Positions 57,915 through 64,000 of a stretch of DNA of 64,000 bases are shown piece by piece (position 1 is the stretch's first letter; each line of letters opens with the position of its first letter). The position numbers and the translations under genes were made by a program. The DNA comes from Ruminococcus sp. (GTDB lineage Bacteria; Bacillota; Clostridia; Oscillospirales; Acutalibacteraceae), in NCBI GenBank assembly GCA_022510945.1, contig JAFLSK010000003.1, positions 1,513 to 65,512 of the forward strand, written 5' to 3'. A model generated the notes under the pieces. The model was not told where the DNA came from. It saw only the letters and a program-made list of their open reading frames with translations, and made no database searches.

Positions 57915-59693
57915 ATGGCAGAATTTATGACAGGTCTCAAAAGAACGGATATGTGCGGCGACCTCCGCATAAGCGACGTCGGCAGAGAGGTCACCCTCTT
58001 CGGCTGGGTGCAGCGCCAGCGCGACCTCGGCCAGCTTATCTTTATTGATTTGCGCGACCGCACGGGCGTTGTTCAGCTTGCGTTCGCGGACACTACGGAC
58101 AAGGAAATTTTTGAAAAGGCGGCGGCGTGCCGCAGCGAGTTTGTGCTCGGCGTAAAGGGCACGGTTGCGGAGCGTTCCGCAAAGACGGACAAAATCGCCA
58201 CCGGCGACATCGAAATTCAGGTGACGGAGCTTCGCGTGCTCTCGAAGGCTCAGACTCCGCCGTTCGAAATCGTTGACGACAGTAAGACAGGCGAGGAGCT
58301 GCGCTTAAAGCACCGTTACCTCGACCTCAGAAGAAAGCCTTTACAGGACAACCTCATTATGCGCAGCAAAATCGCGAAGGTTGCTCGCGATTATTTCTAT
58401 GAAAACAACTTTATCGAGATTGAAACCCCGATGATGATAAAGTCCACCCCCGAGGGTGCGCGCGACTACCTCGTGCCGTCGCGTATCCATCAGGGCAAGT
58501 TCTACGCGCTCCCGCAGTCGCCGCAGATTTACAAGCAGCTTCTGATGTTATCGGGCTTTGACCGCTATATTCAGCTTGCGCGCTGCTTCCGCGACGAGGA
58601 TTTGCGCGCTGACCGTCAGCCGGAGTTTACGCAGATTGATATGGAGCTCTCGTTCGCGGATATGGACGAGATTATGGAGATTAACGAGGGTCTGTTCGAG
58701 CGCATTTTTGAGGAAGTGCTCGGCAAAAAGCTTTCGACTCCGTTCGAGAGAATGACGTACAAGGACGCTATGGAGAACTACGGCTCCGACAAGCCCGACG
58801 TGCGCTTCGGTATGAAGATTCAGAACATCTCCGACCTCGTAAAGGACAGCGACTTCGGCGTGTTCAGCGGCGCGGTTCAGAGCGGCGGTTCGGTTCGCTG
58901 TATCGTTGCGAAGAACGCCGCGAGCGTTTACACCCGCAAGGAAATCGACAAGCTTACCGAGTATGTGCGCGGAATCGGCGCGAAGGGTCTCGCGTTTGTC
59001 CGCTGGGTTGACGACGAGCTCGCGTGCTCGTTCAAGAAGTTTATGAAGGAAAACGAGCTTGAAAATATTCTCTCCGCTATCGGCGCAGAGAAGGGCGACG
59101 TTGTGCTGATTGTTGCCGATAAGGACAGCGTTACTCTGCCTGTTCTCGGCGCGCTCCGTCTTACGGTTGCGAAGCGTCTCGAGATTATTCCCGACGAGTT
59201 TAAGTTCGTGTGGATTGTCGACTTCCCGTTCTTTGAGTTCGACGAGGAGAGCGGCGAGTGGATTGCAATGCACCACCCGTTCACGATGCCGCGTGAGGAC
59301 TGCTTACAGTATCTCGACAGCGACAAGGGCAAGGTTATTGCGAAGGCGTACGACCTCACCCTCAACGGTACGGAGCTGAGCTCGGGCTCAATCCGTATCA
59401 CCGACTACGAGCTCCAGCAGAGAATGTTCCGCGCGCTCAAGATGAGCGACGAGGAGATTGAGGCGAAGTTCGGCTTCCTTGTTGAGGCGTACAAGTACGG
59501 CGCTCCGCCGCACGGCGGCGCGGGAATCGGACTCGACCGCGTTGTTATGCTCCTTTGCGGCGCGGACAGCCTGCGCGACGTTACCGCCTTCCCGAAGGTG
59601 CAGAACGCGTCCGAGCTGATGAGCCAGTGCCCGTCCGAGGTTGACGACGAAAGCCTCGAAGTTCTCGGTCTTGAAATCAAGAAAAACGACTGA
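57915..59693 (+). CDS. aspS: Aspartyl-tRNA synthetase
   Basis: FIDLRD, STPEGARD, PQSPQ, FRDEDLRADRQPEF, HHPFT, GAPPHGG. Confidence 0.98.
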   Translation: MAEFMTGLKRTDMCGDLRISDVGREVTLFGWVQRQRDLGQLIFIDLRDRTGVVQLAFADTTDKEIFEKAAACRSEFVLGVKGTVAERSAKTDKIATGDIEIQVTELRVLSKAQTPPFEIVDDSKTGEELRLKHRYLDLRRKPLQDNLIMRSKIAKVARDYFYENNFIEIETPMMIKSTPEGARDYLVPSRIHQGKFYALPQSPQIYKQLLMLSGFDRYIQLARCFRDEDLRADRQPEFTQIDMELSFADMDEIMEINEGLFERIFEEVLGKKLSTPFERMTYKDAMENYGSDKPDVRFGMKIQNISDLVKDSDFGVFSGAVQSGGSVRCIVAKNAASVYTRKEIDKLTEYVRGIGAKGLAFVRWVDDELACSFKKFMKENELENILSAIGAEKGDVVLIVADKDSVTLPVLGALRLTVAKRLEIIPDEFKFVWIVDFPFFEFDEESGEWIAMHHPFTMPREDCLQYLDSDKGKVIAKAYDLTLNGTELSSGSIRITDYELQQRMFRALKMSDEEIEAKFGFLVEAYKYGAPPHGGAGIGLDRVVMLLCGADSLRDVTAFPKVQNASELMSQCPSEVDDESLEVLGLEIKKND

Positions 59694-59710
59694 TTTAGAA
59701 AATTAATATA

Positions 59711-59742
59711 AAAAAATCACCGCAGCGAATGCGGTGATTTTT
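59711..59742 (+). terminator. aspS terminator
   Basis: AAAAATCACCGCA-gcgaa-TGCGGTGATTTTT. Confidence 0.8.
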
Positions 59743-59810
59743 GCTTTATATAAGATGTTTTTTGTAAAATTTAAAACTGAATTTCTCTTGAAACAAAGAG
59801 ATAGTATCTG

Positions 59811-59947
59811 TACAGTTGCGCTACGCAGCAACGCGCGATGAGTCAAGAAAAGCGTGCTTTTTAGCACGCTTTTCTTGGGGATGAAATTGTGTGAGTTCGT
59901 CGCTTATTGCAGTGACGATAAAGCACATATCTTAGTGTGCAACTATA
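59811..59947. repeat. Folded intergenic element with terminal inverted ends (MITE/REP-like or ncRNA)
   Basis: TACAGTTGC...GCAACTATA ends; internal hairpin CAAGAAAAGCGTGCT-tttt-AGCACGCTTTTCTTG; second hairpin TCGTCGCT...AGTGACGA. Confidence 0.4.
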
Positions 59948-60152
59948 TTCTACCCGATAATATCGCAAAAATCAATAATTCTAATCGTACTGTAATCGCT
60001 ATATGGTAAAACTGTAAGGGTTAATTCTATAAAGAATTTATGAGTAAAAATTCGGTAACAATTTGTAACGAACAAATGTGCTAATATTAAAATTTGTTTA
60101 CAATAGTTACCGGTATACAACATATTGTGTTTACGTTTTAGTTAACCACAAG

Positions 60153-61061
60153 TTAGCGAATTTCTGTATATTCTGCCCACAGCGAAACGTATGCGTAAAT
60201 CGGAGTTACCTCGGGAAGAATTTCAATTCCGAGCTGTTCGAAAGCGCGGGTGCTTTCGTATCGGCTACCCGCGGGCATACCGACGAGGCAGAGCGGGATT
60301 TGCTTTTCTCTACAGGTCTTGCAAAACCGCACAAAATCCTCGCTTTCCGTCGGGAGCGTGCCCGAGTGGTATCCGCTGAGAAGTACAGCCTTAACGCCGT
60401 TTGTGTCAGGAAACATCATTCCCGCGTAGGCGTTCAGCCGGAGCACGGGCGAGGTTTTGCTGAATGTGATTTTTCCGAGCGATTTCTGATGGTTAACGGA
60501 CGGAGCCGTGCGTACAAATTTATCGCCGTCAAAATATCCGAACCTACCCTTATAGGAGCGGACGTCGTCGCTGTACGGGTCGTGCGCGAGCAGTTGGTCG
60601 GCGCGGTGAATTTCGGGGAGCGAGTCCGTGTTGCGATAGCTCACATATACGCCGCCGATACCCTCGCGGATAAATTTTACCGCGTGCTCAAAATTTACAG
60701 AGCCGTTTGCGCGGCTGTCTGTGAGGACATAGTTGCTCGACACAAGGACAATGGGCGTTTCTGTCCCGCCGAAAGCGAGCGCAAGCGCCGCGGCGCTGTA
60801 CTGCAACGTGTCCGTGCCGTGGGCGACGATGATCCCGTCAAAACCTTCGCCGAGCCTTTCGCCGACGCAGTGTATCAGTTTAGTCAGCAGCTCGCCGTCA
60901 AGCTGCTCGGAAAGAATAAAATACGGAGAAAAGGTCTTGACCTCGATATCGGGGTCAAGAACCTTTAGTAACTCGTAATTCTGATTTTCAGACGTGCCGA
61001 TATAGCCGTCATTTTGTCGACAGGCAATCGTGCCGCCCGTAAAAATTACCGCGAGCCTCAT
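60153..61061 (-). CDS. Asparaginase-family protein (divergent)
   Basis: IFTGGTIA and AHGTDTLQY signatures; ATGA overlap with the upstream gene. Confidence 0.85.
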   Translation of the reverse strand: MRLAVIFTGGTIACRQNDGYIGTSENQNYELLKVLDPDIEVKTFSPYFILSEQLDGELLTKLIHCVGERLGEGFDGIIVAHGTDTLQYSAAALALAFGGTETPIVLVSSNYVLTDSRANGSVNFEHAVKFIREGIGGVYVSYRNTDSLPEIHRADQLLAHDPYSDDVRSYKGRFGYFDGDKFVRTAPSVNHQKSLGKITFSKTSPVLRLNAYAGMMFPDTNGVKAVLLSGYHSGTLPTESEDFVRFCKTCREKQIPLCLVGMPAGSRYESTRAFEQLGIEILPEVTPIYAYVSLWAEYTEIR

Positions 61062-61957
61062 TTTACGGTAACTTCAATTTTGATGGTGTGGGTGGAGCCT
61101 TCGTACTTGCCCGAGGCACTGATAGTAGCGACGCCCTTCTTTACTCCGGTTATGATACCGTTGCTGTTTACCTTGGCTATGCTCGGAGCAGAGGATGTCC
61201 AGGTGACGGATTTAAGCTCGGGAACGAAGGCGGCGTAGGTGTCTATTTTTTCGCGAATATCGCCGTAAACCTGACCCTTCGAAATCGTAACCTTCAGCGG
61301 TTGACCGCTTACATAGTAGCCGTAAACGTCGTAGTCAACGTTGCTCTTTGCGGATTTGTAGCTGCCGTTGTAAGCAACGATGTAGTACTTATAGCTTTCG
61401 ATATAGTCCTTGCTGATTGCGCGGTCCTTGTAGATGATGTGCGAGTCGCTCGCCTTAACCTCGGCAATCTTTTTGTAGGAGTTTTTCGATTTGAGTGAGC
61501 GGTAAATTTTGTAGAGCTTTGCGCCCTTACCCTTGTCCCACTCGAGGGTAATGCCGTCCATATCCAAAAGTTCCTCAGCGTTCAGCTGCGGACGGTCAAG
61601 GAACATAATCTTCTTCGCCTTTGTATACGCGCTCCATTTTTTGTTTTTGTATACTCTGACCTTAAAGCTGTAGACCTTGCCCGGAGCGAGGTTGTCGTCA
61701 GTAAAGCTTGTTTTCTTGCCCTTGTACGCGGTTTTGTACGACTTCGCGGTGCTGAGCTTATACTTTACAAGATATTTTGACGCGCCCTTTACCTTATTCC
61801 AGCTTACCTTTACTCCCTTTGCGGTGTTAGCTACAGTGAGCTTTTTCGGTGCGGCGGGCTTCTTTTTAGTCGCGGCACTCGTCGGAAAGGAGAGAGCCGT
61901 GACAGTCGAAATAAGCAACGCGAGAATAATCGCGGTTGTTCGTCTTAAACTTTTCAT
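61058..61957 (-). CDS. Secreted Lys-rich protein with two FN3-like domains and a C-terminal Ig-like (Big_2) domain
   Basis: Signal peptide from MKSLRR (GGAGG RBS); W.KVKGA.KY...Y.FKV repeats; VTWTSSAPSIAKVNSNGIITGVKKG. Confidence 0.82.
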   Translation of the reverse strand: MKSLRRTTAIILALLISTVTALSFPTSAATKKKPAAPKKLTVANTAKGVKVSWNKVKGASKYLVKYKLSTAKSYKTAYKGKKTSFTDDNLAPGKVYSFKVRVYKNKKWSAYTKAKKIMFLDRPQLNAEELLDMDGITLEWDKGKGAKLYKIYRSLKSKNSYKKIAEVKASDSHIIYKDRAISKDYIESYKYYIVAYNGSYKSAKSNVDYDVYGYYVSGQPLKVTISKGQVYGDIREKIDTYAAFVPELKSVTWTSSAPSIAKVNSNGIITGVKKGVATISASGKYEGSTHTIKIEVTVK

Positions 61958-62055
61958 ATTGTCCTCCTTATCTTTGCTTGTTATATATTTTAACATACTT
62001 ATCGCAAGAAATCTACAGGAAATTATTTATTGTAATAAAAAGATTGGTTATGACA

Positions 62056-62085
62056 AAAAAAGCGGACGCCTTACGACGTCCGCCT
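62056..62085 (-). terminator. Terminator after the 62099 gene
   Basis: Minus strand GCGGACGTC-gtaa-GGCGTCCGC-TTTTTTT. Confidence 0.75.
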
Positions 62086-62098
62086 GTGTAATATCCGA

Positions 62099-63346
62099 TT
62101 ATTTTACGTTTACTACTACATATAATGACTTTGTGCTGATGTCAAAGTTCTTAGCAGTTGAGCCCTCTGTAACAGCCTTGTCAAGGAGAGAGTTAGCCTT
62201 GTCGTTAACTCTGTTCTTGTAGCTGTCGAGGAGAGAATCAGCAGGTGTAACCTTAACCTTAGCTGTGCCGGCCTTAACTGCCTTGATTACAGCGTCGGAA
62301 GAAACTGTTACAACATCCTTGCCCTCAACAACCTCTACCTTGTAGAGACCCTGGAGGCTGAAGTACTCAACGAGAGCCTTGCCCTCTGTGTACTGCTCGC
62401 CAACCTTGAGGTCGATAACAACTGTCGGGTTGTTATTCTCGTCGAAGTAGTATCTGTTTACACCGGCTGTCTTAGGAGCGTAAGGAGCGATAACTTCCTT
62501 GCTTGCAACAGATGTGTTGGAGCCGTTTACAGCATAAACCTGATAAGCGTAAGCTGTCGGGTTAACGCTGAGAGCCTTGTCTGTGTAAGAAGTTGAAGTT
62601 ACGGAAGCAACCTTCTTGTAGGAAGCGTCGCCGGCCTTCATACGATATACGTTGTAGCTCTTAGCGCCCTTTACAGCGTTCCACTTAACCTCGATTGCCT
62701 TTGTGTCCTTTGTCTCGTTAGCCTGAACACCTGTAACCTTTGCGAGGTATACGATGGACTTAGCTGTGCTTGCGAGTGACTTTGTGCCTGTCTTACCGTT
62801 TACGCAGTAAATCTTGTAAGAATACTTTGTACCGGATACAACGTTTGTATCTGTGTAGGAAGAACCTGTTACAGTCTTAACTCTTGCGTAAGCACCGGTT
62901 GTCTTTCTGTAAACCTGATACTTTGTAGCGCCTGCTCTTGTTGTCCAGTTGAGGCTAACGGAGGTAGCATTGTTAACAACGTTCTTGATGATTGTGTTGT
63001 TGATTCTTGTAGCTGTAACCTTCTTAGAAGCCGTAGAAACCTTCTTACCCTTAACGGCCTTTACCTTGTATGTATACTTCTTGCCGGCTTTTACATTGTA
63101 ATCCTTGTAGGAAGCCTTCTTTGTGGTAGCAACAACCTTGCTGCCACGGTATACCTTATACTTAGTAGCGCCCTTAACCTTCTTCCAAGTAACCTTGAGA
63201 ACGTGGGTCTGGTTCTTAACCTTAACGCCTGTGGGCTTCTTAACCTTAGCTGCAGCAGCGGAAGCTGAGAAGCCGCCAACAGCGAGTGTAGAAGCAACCA
63301 TAACAGTAGCTAAAGCTGTGCTGATTAACTTTTTGGTGATTTTCAT
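62099..63346 (-). CDS. Secreted Lys-rich protein with three FN3-like repeats and an Ig-like C-terminus
   Basis: Signal peptide MKITKKLISTALATVMVASTLAVGGFSASA; three W...GA..Y.VYR...Y.D......Y.Y repeats; AGGAGG RBS. Confidence 0.85.
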   Translation of the reverse strand: MKITKKLISTALATVMVASTLAVGGFSASAAAAKVKKPTGVKVKNQTHVLKVTWKKVKGATKYKVYRGSKVVATTKKASYKDYNVKAGKKYTYKVKAVKGKKVSTASKKVTATRINNTIIKNVVNNATSVSLNWTTRAGATKYQVYRKTTGAYARVKTVTGSSYTDTNVVSGTKYSYKIYCVNGKTGTKSLASTAKSIVYLAKVTGVQANETKDTKAIEVKWNAVKGAKSYNVYRMKAGDASYKKVASVTSTSYTDKALSVNPTAYAYQVYAVNGSNTSVASKEVIAPYAPKTAGVNRYYFDENNNPTVVIDLKVGEQYTEGKALVEYFSLQGLYKVEVVEGKDVVTVSSDAVIKAVKAGTAKVKVTPADSLLDSYKNRVNDKANSLLDKAVTEGSTAKNFDISTKSLYVVVNVK

Positions 63347-63479
63347 TTGTGTTTGTCCTCCTTGAGAAATTAGATAATTACACGAGAGTAATTATATCAC
63401 TATTATTGCGAAACTACCATTGGCAGATTGCACAAATTACGAAAAATTTTTTTGCTGATAATGTCGAAAAATACCTTTA

Positions 63480-64000
63480 TCAGTCTTCTGTGACTTTTTT
63501 TCTTAGTTTACCGTGAACTATAAGAAGTATGAGGGAAACGATGAACATGGCTGCCGCGCATATCGCCATCTCGACGAACAACGAGTTAAAAACAGCCGTG
63601 TACATATCGTTAAGCGAGCGACTGAGGATAGCAATTTTGCCGAGTATGCCGCTTGCAAAGACAGCAGCGGGAATCAGCAGGGTGAATAAGCCCGCGCCGC
63701 AGATGCTGTAGTAGAAATAGCGAAACGCCTTGTGCTTCCACTCGCTTGTAAAGAAGATGAACGCCGCTATCGCGAGGGCAAGAATACCCGACGCTATAGA
63801 GTAGAGAGTGAACTTGGTTTTGTACTCAAGCATCTTCTTCTGAATGGAGTTGAAATATGTGATTTTAATGTTTTGTGCGTAGATTTTGGCTGCTTCCTTT
63901 ACGAAGTAGTCAAGGCTTTCCTTCGGCGCGTCCGTTATGTTGTTTTCGGACTGGTATTTTGCGAGAGCCTCGTCGAGACTTTCCTCAAAATTAGTCGTAT
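63480..64000 (-). CDS. Membrane protein, 5' part outside the window
   Basis: Frame is open from 63998 (TTNFEESLDEALAKY...) into the 63833 ORF; three C-terminal TM helices. Confidence 0.7.
   Translation of the reverse strand, partial: TTNFEESLDEALAKYQSENNITDAPKESLDYFVKEAAKIYAQNIKITYFNSIQKKMLEYKTKFTLYSIASGILALAIAAFIFFTSEWKHKAFRYFYYSICGAGLFTLLIPAAVFASGILGKIAILSRSLNDMYTAVFNSLFVEMAICAAAMFIVSLILLIVHGKLRKKVTED

Noticed and set aside
60078-60968. 296-aa plus-strand ORF
   Set aside because: Antisense to the asparaginase-family gene, which carries clear signatures

Overview
Core chromosomal region spanning the replication origin of a spore-forming Clostridia (Oscillospirales, Ruminococcus-like) bacterium. 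Genes are mostly on the - strand left of dnaA and on the + strand right of it. From left to right it holds membrane/secreted hypotheticals and prmA; the CIRCE-controlled hrcA-grpE-dnaK-dnaJ operon; rpsT; soj-spo0J-serS; noc-like, rsmG, mnmG, mnmE, jag, yidC, yidD, rnpA, rpmH; dnaA-oriC-dnaN-yaaA-recF-remB; two CxxC membrane proteins; gyrB-thioesterase-gyrA-maf; an orphan spoVAE; a GldA/F/G+DUF4340-type ABC module; a heterodimeric ABC exporter; T-box-valS; a PadR cassette; zapA-U32-dut; mreBCD-pbp2-minD-mgsA-hisS-aspS; an asparaginase-like gene and Lys-rich FN3 surface proteins. I found no mobile element, CRISPR array, rRNA or tRNA, and no clear-cut novel multi-gene system. The best leads are non-coding or cryptic: a DnaA-box cluster written into the U32 gene upstream of dut, a parS site inside mnmG, a structured candidate sRNA 3' of noc, two folded intergenic elements, an unannotated 50-aa protein, and tandem CxxC-x19-CxxC membrane proteins inside the dnaA-gyrB operon. 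All family calls come from motif recognition by eye, not from database searches.
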